Of a DNA stretch of 64,000 nucleotides, positions 51,560 to 64,000 are shown piece by piece; the first letter of the stretch is position 1; each line of letters begins with the position of its first letter. Location: contig NC_086097.1 in NCBI RefSeq assembly GCF_963921235.1, positions 254,078,001 through 254,142,000 on the forward strand. Direction: 5' to 3'. The translations under genes were made by a program, and so were the position numbers. This stretch comes from Mobula hypostoma. Taxonomy: Eukaryota. The notes beneath the pieces were generated by a model. That model was not told the origin of the DNA. It worked only from the letters and a program-made list of their open reading frames with translations, and did no database searches.

Positions 51560-52147
51560 AACCCTTCGGGTCGGACAACGTCAGTGGAGGGGAATGGACG
51601 CTCTTTCCCGTCCTGAACCGTTTGGTTCCTCTGGCGCCTGAGTGATTTACTGCAGCTTTCCAGTGCGTTGACCGAAGGGGGATAATGATTGACGTCGACC
51701 CTGCCGGGACTGTGCCTTTAAGAAGGTGGGAACAATGCTGCGCCCCGCCCCCGATGCACTAATTGATTAATAAACGTTGACTGTACCTCTTCCCAGAGAT
51801 GCTGCCTGGCCTGCTGTGTTCACCAGCAACTGTGATGTGTGTTGCAATGATTGATAGGTGCCTTTAGGAAGGCGGGGCATTGTGGTCACGCCTCTATTAT
51901 ACTGATTGACAGACGCCTTTGAGGAGGCGGGACAACGCTGCGCCCCGCCCCAATGGATGATGGACGTAGTGACGTGGCTCCAAGATGGTGTCTGGTTGCC
52001 GGCGATGCTGTTCCTGATGTTAATGGCAGCGGTGCTTCTGGCTGGTCGCGGGCAAGACACCTGGTTGCTCCCGCTCCCCCGAGTCCCGCCGCCGGTAGCG
52101 GACGGAGCACCCAGCTCATTCCCGCTCCCCGGTTCAGACCGCCGCAG
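51560..52147 (+). promoter_or_regulatory. CpG-rich promoter/5' UTR of TMEM241
   Basis: CpG-rich relative to the flanks. GC boxes within GCTGCGCCCCGCCCC (51737-51751, 51937-51951), TGATTGACAG (51903-51912), GTGACGTG (51969-51976) and YY1-like CAAGATGG (51981-51988). Confidence 0.75.
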
Positions 52148-52213
52148 ATGAGGGTGAAACGGCTCGAGCTGTGCTTCTCGCTGCTCTTCGTCGCTTCTTA
52201 TTTCACCAACAAG
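52148..52213 (+). CDS. TMEM241: TMEM241/SLC35D4 coding exon 1 (MRVKRLELCFSLLFVASYFTNK)
   Basis: ATG at 52148; 66 nt; donor AAG|gtgagg; phase 0. The ASYFTNK end matches the human N-terminus ASYLTNK as I recall it. Lies in a GC/CpG-rich segment. Confidence 0.9.
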
Positions 52214-52482
52214 GTGAGGCGGAGGGGGAGCTGCAGCACCCTGGGGTGCCCAGGCTGGGAGGGATGATCATAGCACCCTAGGGTGCCAGGACTGAGAGGT
52301 GCATGGCTGTATCACCCTAGGGTGCCCTGACTGGGAGAGGAGATAATTCTAACTCTTTACTATACTGACTGAATGCATTTCTCTGCTAAATGGTCTACCC
52401 TGTACTTGTGCTCCTATTTCCTCAGTCACAAGTATCCTCCGCGTATCTCTCCTGAGATGAGCCCATAACATGCCACAAACAC

Positions 52483-54650
52483 AAAACATAGAATATTATA
52501 GCACAGTACGGGCCCTTGTGCTGACTAAAAACATTACTCAAAGATCAATCTAACCTTTCCCTCCTACATAGCCCTCATTTTTTCTATCGTCCTTGTGCCT
52601 ATCTAAGAGTTTAATAAATGTCCCTAAAATATATTACTTCATGCGGTGATGGTATCACCCACCACTTCCTGTGATTAAAAAAACTTAGCTCCGACATACC
52701 CCTTATAACTTTCCTCCAATCACCTTAAAACGATGCACCCTCCTATCAGTCATTTCTGCCCTGGGGAAAAGGCTTTGTCTCCACTCAATCTATGCCCCCC
52801 TACCTTGTACACTTCTATCAAGACACCTTGCATCTTTCGCTCCAAAGCAAAAATCCCTAGCTTGCTCATCCTTTCCTCATAATACATGCTCTCTAATTCA
52901 GGCAGCATCCTGGTAAATCTCTGCACCCTCTCTAAAGCTTCCACACCCTTCCAATAATGAGATTAACTGAACAGAACACAATATTATAAGTGTGGTCTTT
53001 CCAGAGTACCAGACTTAGAATATTGTGTTCAGTTCCGGTCTGCAGCAGAGCCACAACATTACCGAATGGCTCTTGACTCAATCCCCCAGCCATGGGACAC
53101 TACGGTAGCGTAGTGGTTAGCACAACACCTACGGTTCAGAGCGTCAGAGTTCAACTCTGGTGCTGTCTGTAAGGACATTGTACGTTATCCCCGTGACCAC
53201 GTGGGTTTCCTCCCACAATCCAAGTTCATACTGGTTAATTGGTCATCATAAGTTGTTCTGTCACTGGGCTAGTGTTAAATAGGTGGGTTGCTGGATGGTG
53301 TGTCTCAGTGGGCTGGAAGAGCCGGCTGTGTGCTGTATTTCTAAATAAATAAACTACCGAAGGCCAACGTACCGTATGTCTTAAATGAGAGGTGACCTGA
53401 TAGAGGTGTATAAGATGATGAGAGGCATTGATCGTGCGGATAGTCAGAGGCTTTTTCCTAGGGCTGAAATGGCTAACATGGGAGGGCACAGTTTTAAGGT
53501 GCTTGGAGGTGGGTACAGAGGAGGTGTCAGGGATAAGTTTTTTTTACACAGAGTGGTAAGTGTGTGGAATGGGCTGCCGGTGGCGGCGGTGGAGGTGGAT
53601 ACGATAGGGTCTTTTAAGAAATTCCTGGACAGGTATATGAAGCTCAGAAAAATAGAGGGCTATGGGTAACCCTGGGTAATTTCTCAGGTAAGGACATGTT
53701 CGGCACAGCTTTGTGGGCCGAAGGGTCTGTACTGTGCTGTAGGTTTTCTATGTAATTCGGTCAACTTTTGCGCAACTTTGAAGAACCTATGGATATGGAC
53801 CCCAAGATCCCTCTGTTCCTCCACACTGCTAAGAATCCTACCATTATCCCTGTATCCTGCCTTCAAATGTCTTCACACTTTTCTGGATCGAACTCCTCTC
53901 ACTTCTCAGCCCTGCCCTGTATCCTGTTACTGTCCTGTTATCACCTATGACAACTCTCCACACTACCCACAACTCCACCAACCTTTGTGTTCTCTGCAAA
54001 CTTACTAACCCATCCTTCCACTTCCTCTTCCAAGTCATTTATAAAAATCACCAAATTGCTGAGGTCCCAGAACAAATCCCTGCAGAACACCACTGGTCAG
54101 CAACCTTCAGACAGAATACATTCCATCCACAGCCACTCTATGCCTTCTATGGGCTAGCCAATTCTGAATCCACACCACACACACAAAATGCTGGAGGAAC
54201 CCAGCATCTGTGGAAAAAAGTACAGTTGAGGTTTTGGGCTGAGACGCTTTGGCAGGACCCTTCTGTCCTCCAGCATTTTGTGTGTGTGGTTTGGATTTCC
54301 AGCATCTGCAGATTTTCTCATGTTTGTGTCTAAATCCGTGCCTTCTGACTGAGAATGAGTCTACCATGGGGAACCTCATCAAGCACTTTACTAAAATGCA
54401 TATATACAGCATTCAGTGCTCTACCTTCATCAATGTGCTTTGTCACATCCTCAAAGAATTCAGTCAGGCTTGTGAAGCACAGCCTGCTATCAGAAAGCCA
54501 TGGTTACTAGCTTCCACAGTCAGACTATGCCTCTCCAAATACTCGTAAACCCTGTCTCAAAGAATCTTTTCCAGTAATTTCCCATCACTGGTCTATAATT
54601 TACAGGGTTATCCCTAATCTTTTTCTTGAGCAAAGGAATAACATTTGCAA
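52483..54650. mobile_element. Intron 1 repeats: CR1 fragments (52483-53090 -, 53385-53755 +, 53780-54600 -), tRNA-head SINE (~53095-53380 +), Penelope-like inverted segment (~54176-54325)
   Basis: CR1 C-terminal peptides in the ORF track; GGTAGCGTAGTGG A box and GAGTTCAA B-box-like head. Confidence 0.75.
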
Positions 54651-54774
54651 AGAGATTTCCATTGTTTGAATCAACAAGACATGCCTACTGTTGCCTGAAC
54701 TAAATCATTTTAAATGATAGCAGTTGGTCTTACTGAAAATCTCAAACATCTAATACACTCTTTTTCTTTTGCAG

Positions 54775-54821
54775 TATGTCCTTTCGATATTGAACTTTAC
54801 TTATCCAACACTTTTTCAAGG
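54775..54821 (+). CDS. TMEM241: TMEM241 coding exon 2 (YVLSILNFTYPTLFQG)
   Basis: Acceptor tttttcttttgcag; donor GG|gtatgt; 47 nt; phase 0 to 2. Matches recalled human YVLSVLKFTYPTLFQG. Confidence 0.95.
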
Positions 54822-54921
54822 GTATGTACAGTATTTTTAATAGATAATGTTATTCGAGTTTGTGAATATATTTGCGATTTTCTTTGAAATGTGATCTCTT
54901 TCTTGCTTGTACTTTTTGCAG

Positions 54922-55002
54922 ATGGCAAACAATCATGGGAACTGTACTACTTCAGGTAGCCTGGAAGCTAGGCTGGCTGGAGATGAGAAGCACATTTTTA
55001 TG
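54922..55002 (+). CDS. TMEM241: TMEM241 coding exon 3 (WQTIMGTVLLQVAWKLGWLEMRSTFL)
   Basis: Follows a 100-nt intron; acceptor actttttgcag; donor TG|gtaaga; 81 nt; phase 2 to 2. Matches recalled human WQTLIGGLLLHVSWKLGWVEI. Confidence 0.95.
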
Positions 55003-55044
55003 GTAAGAGGAACATTAGACATAGGAACAGAATTAGGCTATTAG

Positions 55045-58000
55045 AACATAGAACATAGAATAGCACAGCACATTACAGGCTCTTCGACCCACAATGTTGT
55101 GCCAACCCTCAAACCCTGCCTCCCATATAAGCCCCCACCTTAAATTCCTCCATATACCTGTCTAGTAGTCTCTTAAACTTCACTAGTGTATCTGCCTCCA
55201 CCACTGACTCAGGCAGTGCATTCCACGCTCCAACCACTCTCTGAGTAAAAAACCTTCCTCTAATATCCCCCTTGAACTTCTCACCCCTTACCTTAAGGCC
55301 GTGTCCTCTTGTATTGAGCAGTGGTGCCCTGGGGAAGAGGCGCTGGCTATCCACTCTATTTATTCCTCTTATTATCTTGTACACCTCTATCATGTCTCCT
55401 CTCATCCTCCTTCTCTCCAAAGAGTAAAGCCCCAGCTCCCTTAATCTGTGATCATAATCCATACTCTCTAAACCAGGCAGCATCCTGGTAAATCTCCTCT
55501 GTACCCTTTCCAATGCTTCCACATCCTCCCTATAGTGAGATGACCAGAACTGGACACAGTACTCCAAGTATGGCCTAACCAGAGTTTTATAGAGCTGCAT
55601 CATTACCTCGCGACTCTTAAACTCTATCCCTCGACTTATGAAGGCTAACACCCCATAAGCTTTCTTAACTACCCCATCTACCTGTGAGACAACTTTCAGG
55701 GATCTGTGGACATGCAGCCCCAGATCCCTCTGCTCCTCCACACTACCAAGTATCCTGCCATTTACTTTGTACTCTGCCTTGGAGTTTGTCCTTCCAAAGT
55801 GTACCACCTCACACTTCTCTGGGTTGAACTCCATCTGCCACTTCTCAGCCCACTTCTGCATCCTATCAATGTCTCTCTGCAATCTTCGACAATCCTCTAC
55901 ACTATCTACAACACCACCAACCCTTGTGTCATCTGCAAACTTGCCAACCCACCCTTCTACCCCCACATCCAGGTTGTTAATAAAAATCAAGAAGAGTAGA
56001 GGTCCCAGAACAGATCCTTGTGCAAAACCACTAGTCATAACCCTCCAATCTGAATGTACTCCCTCCACCACAACCCTCTGCCTTCTGCAGGCAAGCCAAT
56101 TCTGAATCTACCTGGCCAAACTTCCCTGGATCCCATGCCTTCTGACTTTCTGAATAAACCTACCATGTGGAACCTTGTCAAATGTCAAATCCATATAGAT
56201 CACATCCACTGCACTACCCTCATCTATCTGGCTGGTCACCTCCTTAAAGAACTCTTATCAGGCTTGTTAGACACAAAGCCATGCTGACTGTCCCTGATCA
56301 GACCATGATTCTCGAAATGCCTATCTCTAAGAATCTTTTCCAACAGTTTTCCCACCACAGACGTAAGGCTCACTGGTCTATAATTACCCGGACTATCCCT
56401 ACTACCTTTTTTGAAACATCGCCTCCCTCCAATCCTCCAGTACCATTCCTGTGGACAGCGAGGACATAAAGATCCTAGCCAGAGGCTCAGCAATCTCTTC
56501 CCTCGCCTCGTGGAGCAGCCTGGGGAATATTCCGTCAGGCCTTGGGGACTTATCTGTCCTAATGTATTTTAACAACTCCAACACCTCCTCTCCCTTAATA
56601 TCAACATGCTCCAGAACATCAACCTCACTCATATTGTCCTCACCATCATCAAGTTCCCTCTCATTGGTGAATACCGAAGAGAAGTATTCATTGAGGACCT
56701 TGCTCGCTTCCACAGCCTCCAGGCACATCTTCCCACCTTTATCTCTAATTGGTCCTACCTTCACTCCTGTCATCATTTTGATCTTCACATAATTGAAGAA
56801 TGCCTTGGGTTTTTCCTTTACCCTACTCGCCAAGGCCTTCTCGTGCCCCTTTCTTGCTCTTCTCAGCCCCTTCTTAAGCTCCTTTCTTGCTACCCTATAT
56901 TCCTCAATAGACCCATCTGATCCTTGCTTCCTAAACCTCATGTATGCTGCCTTCTTCCACCTGACTAGATTTTCCACCTCACTTGTCACCCATGTTTCCT
57001 TCACCCTGCCATTTTTTATCTTCCTCACTGGGACAAATTTATCCCTAACATCATGCAAGAGATCCCTAAACATCGACCACATGTCCATAGTACATTTCCC
57101 TGCAAAAACATCATCCTAATTCACACCCACAAGTTCTAGCCTTATAGCCTCATAATTTGCCCTTCCCCAGTTAAAAATTTTCCTGCCCTCTCTGATTCTG
57201 TCCTTTTCCATGATAATGGTAAAGGCCAGGGAGTGGTGGTCACTGTCCCCCAGATGCTCACCCACTGAGAGATTTGTGACTTGACCTGGTTCGTTACCTA
57301 ATACTAGATCTAGTATGGCATTCCCCCTAGTCGGCCCGTCAACATACTGTGACAGGAATCCGTCCTGGACACACTTAAGAACCTGCCCCATCAAAACCAT
57401 TGGAACTAATCAGGTGCCAATCAATATTAGGGAAGTTAAAGTCACCCATGATAACAGCCCTGTTATTTTTGCACCTTTCCAAAATCTGCCTCCCTATCTG
57501 TTCCTCGGTATCTCTGCTGCTACCAGGGGGCCTATAGAATACTCCCAATAGAGTAACTGTTCCCTTCCTGTTCCTGACTTCCACCCATACTGGCTCAAAA
57601 GAGGATCCTGCTACATTACCCACCCGTTCTGTAGCTGTAATAGTATCCCTGACCAGTCATGCCACCCCTCCTCCTCTTTTCCCCCCCTCTCTATCCCTTT
57701 TAAAGCACTGAAATCCAGGAATATTGAGAATCCATTCCTGCCCTGGTGCCAGCCAAGTCTCTGTAATGGCCACTACATCATAATTCCATGTATGTATCCA
57801 AGCTCTCAGTTCATCACCTTTGTTCCTGATGTTTCTTGCATTGAAGTACACACATTTCAGCCCTTCTACCTTACTGTTTTTACACCGTTTATTCTGCTTC
57901 TTTTTCTCAAAGCCTCTCTATATGTTAGATCTGGCTTTACTCCATGCACTTCTTTCACTGCTCTATCGCTCTGGGTCCCATCCCCCTCGCAAATTAGTTT

Positions 58001-58636
58001 AAACCCTCTCGAACCATGCTCGCAAACCTACCTGCAAGGATATTGCTCCCCCTCGAGTTCAGGTGCAACCCATCCAATCTGTACAGGTCCCACCTTCCCC
58101 AGAAGAGATCTCAATGATCCAAAAATCTAAAATCCTGCCCCCTGCACTAACTCCTCAGCCATGCATTCAACTGCCATCTCCTCCAATTCTTACCATCATG
58201 GTCACGTAGCACTGGCAGCAATCCTGAGAACACCACCCTTGATGTCCTGTTCTTCAGCCTTCTGCCTGGTTCCCAAAACTCACACTTCAGGACCTCATCC
58301 CTCTTCCTGCCTATGTCATTGGTACCAACATGAATCACAATTTCTGGTTGCTTTCCCTCTCGTACCAAGATGTTGTGCACCCAGTCAGAGAGAGACATCC
58401 TGGACCCTGGCATCAGAGAGGCGACAAACCATGCGGGTGTCCTCACGCCCACAAAATCTCCTGTCTGCTCCCCTGACTATAGAGTCTCCAATGACGACAG
58501 CTCTCCTCTTCTCCGTTCCACCCTTCTGCACCACCGGGTCAGACTCAGTGCCAGAGGCCCTGCCACCATGGCTCACACCTGTTCGGTCGTCCCTGCCAAC
58601 AGTATCCAGGACGGTAAACTTATTATTCAGGGGAAT
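55045..58636 (-). mobile_element. Young, nearly complete CR1 in TMEM241 intron 3 (antisense)
   Basis: 320-aa open RT/C-terminal ORF (55109-56071); endonuclease YFNARNIRNK; ORF1 AVVIGDSIVRG/HVGTND; TAGAACA-type tail. Confidence 0.95.
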
Positions 58637-59393
58637 AGTCATAGTCATACTTTATTGATCCTGGGGGAAATTGGTTTTCGTTACAGTTGCACCATAAATA
58701 ATAAATAGTAATAAAACCATAAATAGTTAAATAGTAATATGTAAATTATGCCAGTAAATTATGAAATAAGTCCAGGACCAACCTGTTGGCTCAGGGTGTC
58801 TGACCCTCCAAGGGAGAAGTTGTAAAGTTTGATGGCCACAGGCAGGAATGACTTCCTATGACGCTCTGTGCTGCATCTCGGTGGAATGAGTCTCTGGCTG
58901 AATGTACTCCTGTACCCACCCAGTACATTATGTAGTGGATGGGAGACATTGTCCAAGATGGCATGCAACTTAGACAGCATCCTCTTTTCAGACACCACCG
59001 TGAGAGAGTCCAGTTCCATCCCCACAACATCACTGGCCTTACAAATGAGTTTGTTGATTCTGTTGGTGTCTGCTACCCTCAGCCTGCTGCCCCAGCGCAC
59101 AACAACAAACATGATAGCACTGGCCACCACAGACTCGTAGAACATCCTCAGCATCATCCGGCAGATGTTAAAGGACCTCAGTCTCCTCAGGAAATAGAGA
59201 TGGCTCTGTCCCTTCTTGTAGACAGCCTCAGTGTTCTTTGACCAGTCCAGTTTATTGTCAATTCGTATCCCCAGGTATTTGTAATCCTCCACCATGTCCA
59301 CACTGACCCCCTGGATGGAAACAGGGGTCACCGGTACCTTAGCTCTCCTCAGGTCTACCACCAGCTCCTTAGTCTTTTTCACATTGAGCTGCA
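58637..59393 (-). mobile_element. Rex1-like 3' fragment
   Basis: 207-aa ORF nearly identical to 10447-11046; (TATGAC)n tail. Confidence 0.92.
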
Positions 59394-60449
59394 GGGGTGC
59401 TGTTCATCCCAAAGGGTCTGCTCCATCATGGCTGATTTGAATTGAATTGACTTTATTACTTACATCCTTCATATACATGAGGAATAAAAATCTTTTAAGT
59501 TACGTCTCCATCTAAATCCCCCTCAAACCTATTCTCTTGCCTTCTCCCCTTGACCTTTGATGCCCTGACTAATCGACCACTTCAAATGTACCCAATGATT
59601 TGGCCTCCACATTTATCTGTGGCAACAAATTCCACAGATTCACCTCCCTCTGGCTGAGGAAATTCCTCCTCATCTCTGTTCTGAATGGATGTGCTCCCCC
59701 CATTCTGAGGCTGTGCTCTCTAGTCCAAGACTCCCCCACTATAGGAAACGTCTTCTCCTCTTCACTCCCCCACTATAGGAAACGTCTTCTCTTCTCTTGC
59801 CTGTTACACTGGTGTGTAGGGCAGCAGTGAAGGTCCTCCGTCTCTGGCCGTGTTCCTGGCTTCGTTCATCATGTCAGTAGCTTCAAACAAACTCTCCACA
59901 TCTACTCTATCTAGGGCTTTCAATATTCAATAGGTTTCAGTGAGATCCCCCCTCATTCTTCTAAACGCCAATGAGTACAGGCCCAGTCATCAAACACTAA
60001 TCATATGTTAACCCCTGCATTCCCAGAATCATCTCTGTAAACAACTTCTAACCCTCTCCAATTGCAACACATCCTTTCTTAAATATGGGGCTCATGTTTT
60101 ACATAAAGATGAATTTGTAGGCCTTCCTGTCATAGTCATTAGACTGACTAAAAGCAGAAGGCTACATTCCTCAGCACTGACTCAACCTGCAAATTATGCT
60201 TTAGTTAAATCCTGCATGTGGACTCCCAAATCCCTTTGCACCTTAGATATCTGAATTTAGAAAATAATCTATGCCTTTACTCCTCCTACCGAAGTGCATT
60301 ACCATGCGCTTCTCTACACTATATTTCATCTGCCGCCACCTTACCCATTCCCCCAATCTGTCTGAGTCATTCAGCAGCGTTCCTGCTCCCTCAGCTCTGC
60401 CTGCTCCCCTCCCCACCTATCTTCATAAGAACATAAGAAATGGGAATAG

Positions 60450-61244
60450 GATGAGGCTTTTCATTCCAGAACAAAGGAGATGTTCTCCTTTTTCAAAGAG
60501 AAGGGTTTCCCTTCCTCCACCATCAATGCTGCCCTCAAGTGCATCGCATCTCTTCCATTTCACGCACGTCTGCTCTTACCCCATCCTCCCGCCACCCTAC
60601 CAGGGATAGGGTTCCTCTTGTCCTCATCCCACCAGCCTCCGCGTCCAGCACATAATTCTCGGAAACTTCCACCACCTCCAACAGGATCGCACCACCAAGC
60701 ACATCTTTCCCTCACACCCACTTCTTGCTTTCGGCTGGGATCACCCCCTACGTTACCTCCTAGACCATTCATTCCTCCCCACTGATCTCCCTCCTGACTC
60801 TTATCCTTGGAAGCAGAGCAAGTGCTACACCTGCCCCTTGACCTCCTCCAATCTGATGGCATAAATATTGATTTCTCAAACTTCTGGTAATACCCCCCAA
60901 CGCGTTCCCACTCCTCCTCCATTTCCCATCCCCTTTTCCCTCTCTCACCTCATCTCCTTGCCTACCCATCACCTCTTTGGTCCTCCTTCCCACTTTTTCT
61001 TTCTTCCATGTCCTTCTGTCTCTTTCACCGATCATACTTACCAGCTCTTTACTTCATCCCTCCCCCTCCGGGTTTCACCTATCGCCTGGTGTTTCTTTCT
61101 GCCCGCCCTGCACCTTTTAAATCTACCCCTCAGCTTTTTTTCTCCAGTGCTGCCGAATGGCTTCAGCCCAAAACATCAACAGTATTTTTTTCCATAGATA
61201 CTGACTGGCCTGCTGAGCTCCTCCAGCATTTTGTGTGAGTTGCT
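60450..61244 (+). mobile_element. Penelope-like element 3' relic
   Basis: FFKEKGFPSSTINAAL peptide; terminal segment shared with the other copies. Confidence 0.7.
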
Positions 61245-62450
61245 AGGAACAGGAGTCGGCCATCTGGCTGTCAAGCCTGCTCCACCATTCAATAAGATCA
61301 CGGCTGATCTGGCCATGGACTCATTTCCACCTACCTGCCTTTTCCCCATAATCCTTAAATCCCTACTATGCAAAAATCTATCCAACTTTGTCTTAAATAT
61401 ATTTACTGAAGTGGTCTCCACTGCTTCATTGGGCAGAGAATTCCACAAATTCATCACTCTTTGGGAAAAGCAGTTCCTCCTCAGCTCCGCCCTAAATTTA
61501 CTCCCATGAATCTTGAGCCTATGTCCCCTAGTTCTGGTGTCGCCTATCAGTGGAAACAACTTTCTTGCTGCTCTCTTATCTGTTCCTTTCTTAATTTTAT
61601 ATGTTTTTATAAGATCTCCTCTCATTCTTTTGAATTCCAGCGAGTACAGTCCCAGGCAACTCAATCTCTCCTCATAGTCTAATCTCCTCATTTCTGGAAT
61701 CAACTGGTGAACCTCCTCTGCACCACCTCCAAGGCCAGTATATCCTTCCTCAAGTAAGGGGACCAGAACTGCACACAGTACTCCAGGTGCGGCCTCACCA
61801 GTGCCCTGTACAGTTGCAGCATGACCTCCCTGCTCTTAAATTCAATCCCTGTAGCAATGAAGGCCAACATTCCGTTTGCCTTCTTAATAACCTGTTGTAC
61901 CTGCAAACCAACCTTTTCTGATTCATGCACAAGCACTCCCAAGTCCCTCTGCACAGCAGTATGCTGCAATTTTTTGCCATTTAAATAACATGCTCTTTCA
62001 TTTTTCCTTCCACAGTGAATGACCTTGCATTTACCAACATTGTACTCCATCTGCCAGACCCTTGCCCACTCACTTAACCTATCTATATCTTTCTGCAGAC
62101 TCTCCATATCTTCTGCACAATTTGCTTTTCCACTCAAACTTACCCCCAACTCTATGCATTCTTATCTTATGGGTAAGTCTTTTTGTGGCACCTTATTGAA
62201 CACCTTCTGGAAATTCAAGTAAATAACATCTATCTGTTCCCCTCTATCCACTGCGCTTGTTATATCTCAAAGAACTCCAGTAAGTTTGTCAAACAGGACC
62301 TGCCTTTGCTGAACTCATGCTGTGTCTGCCTGATGGATCCATTTCTTTCCAGATGCCTCATTATTTCTTCTTTAATAATAGCTTCAAGCATTTTCACAAC
62401 TTCTGATGTTAAATTAACTGGCCTATAGTTACCTGCCTTTTGCCTACACA
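61245..62450 (-). mobile_element. CR1 ORF2 3' fragment
   Basis: LVRPHLEYCVQFWSP; GNYRPVNLTS. Confidence 0.9.
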
Positions 62451-62733
62451 CTCACCATCCTCTCAGTGAAGAAAATCCCCCTCACACATTTCACTTTTCA
62501 CCCTTAACCCATGACCTCTAGTTCTACTCTCACCCAACCTCAGTGGAAAAAGTCCGCTTGCATTTACCTCAGCTATACCCTTCATAATTTTGTATACCTC
62601 TATCAATTCCCTCTTCATTTTACTACACTCCAGAGAATAATAGGTTAGGAGTTTAAAATTTAGTAAAAGTTGAAATACATTCTAGCAGTACAGTGTGACT
62701 TGAGTGTTAATGATGTCATTTGAACTTTGATAG

Positions 62734-62815
62734 GTCTGCCAAGGTGTCCTGGCTGCCTGCTGTCTTCATGTTTGTTGGGAGTATCTATACCGGTTCCCGG
62801 GCACTGTCTAAATTG
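62734..62815 (+). CDS. TMEM241: TMEM241 coding exon 4 (WSAKVSWLPAVFMFVGSIYTGSRALSKL)
   Basis: Acceptor tgatag; donor TTG|gtaagc; 82 nt; phase 2 to 0. Matches recalled human WLPASVLFVGIIYAGSRALSRL. Confidence 0.93.
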
Positions 62816-62929
62816 GTAAGCATCTTTCCTTCTCTTGCCAAGAATAAGAAGTGCGCACCACATTAATGCAATTTACCAATGTTTAAATATAAACTTTAAA
62901 TATATATAACATTAATATAATTGATCAAT

Positions 62930-63277
62930 ATGGGTGGCGAGTTGAAGATATGTTTCTCCCAAAGGAGGTGCTTCTCCCTCTAATAGCCGGCAGGTCACCC
63001 TTGGGCAAGGTATAGCACCTTCTTAGCCTGCCGATCAGGGTGGTCGTATGAGCAGCTGGTGCATATCACAAGTCCTGGTTATGCAACCACTGACGCCAGG
63101 CAGACAGTCTCTGAAGAGGTTTGATAGTAGCTGGGTCAGTCGTCTTGTAAAGACACTGCCCAGAAGAAGGCAATGGCAAACCACTTCTGTAGAAATTATC
63201 AAGAACAATTGTGATCATGAGACCATGATTGCCTATGTCATACAACACGACACATAGTGATGATGATGACGATGACA
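62930..63277 (+). mobile_element. Short RTE-related SINE-like element
   Basis: GAAGAAGGCAATGGCAAACCACTTC motif (BovB/RTE-type, from memory) and a (GAT)n tail. Confidence 0.6.
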
Positions 63278-63654
63278 GATAATGTAAACGGAAGAGATGC
63301 TGGAAATTCAGAACAACACAACAAAATGCTGGAGGAACTTAGCAGGCCATGCGGCATCTATGGAAATGAATGAACAGTCAATGACGTTAACATACATTAA
63401 CAAATAATGTAGAACAGTTAACTTTGTTTGCCCACAAACAAGTTTGAAGTGCACTCTTATTTAAACAATGGTTGTCAATACTGAAATATATTTTGATCTT
63501 CTGACCAGATTTCAGTGTTAGTGACTGTGATGAAGTGACTGTGTATGTGAGTAATGACCATCAAATTCCCTGAGTATATTCCAGTTCTGGACTTGCCTTT
63601 CTCCCATGAACCCAGAGACAGAGGTTCGGATAGAACCTTGATGGGTCTCGTAAA

Positions 63655-64000
63655 AATTTTGTTGTTTGGCTGTGGCCTAGCAAAAACCTGTTGGATATTG
63701 AAGGGTCTAGATGGAGTGAATGTGGAGAGGATGTTTCCTGTAGTCGGGGAGCGTGGCACCAGAGGGCACAGCCTCAGAAGAGGGTGGTGAATCTGTGGAA
63801 TTCATCGCCGTGGACTGCTGCGAAGGTCAAGTCATTGGGTATATTTAAAGTGGAGGTAGATCGGTTCTTGATTAGTCCAGACATCAAAGGTTACAAGGAG
63901 AAGGCAAGAGAATGGGGTCGAGAGGGATAGTAAATCAGCCATGATGCAGCAGACTCGATGGGTCAAATAGTCTAAATCTGCTCCTTTTGCTTGTGGTCTT
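63655..64000 (+). mobile_element. CR1 3' fragment
   Basis: ILKGLDGVNVERMFP..RGHSL followed by a CR1 3' UTR. Confidence 0.8.

Overview
Repeat-dense vertebrate genomic DNA. The repeat content (CR1 LINEs with an SGNH-esterase ORF1, Rex1-like, L1, Penelope-like and Tc1 elements) suggests a cartilaginous fish; this is an inference. Most of the window is decayed, nested transposable elements. The only host gene I recognise is TMEM241/SLC35D4 on the + strand, with a GC-rich promoter at about 51.6-52.15 kb and coding exons at 52148-52213, 54775-54821, 54922-55002 and 62734-62815. All four exons have GT-AG boundaries and consistent phases, and the gene continues past the window. Three observations stand out. 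(1) CR1 ORF1/ORF2 junctions carry a U_UUA_AAC heptamer (5 of 6 exact), usually followed directly by the ORF1 stop, with ORF2 in the -1 frame where it can be traced; this suggests programmed -1 ribosomal frameshifting. (2) Two separate CR1 insertions share one internal RT deletion, pointing to a non-autonomous subfamily. (3) A 414-bp RTE-like non-autonomous element has a pseudoknotted, ribozyme-like 5' end. There are no rRNA genes, true tRNA genes or CRISPR arrays. Repeat boundaries were read by eye and are approximate unless a target-site duplication (TSD) is given.
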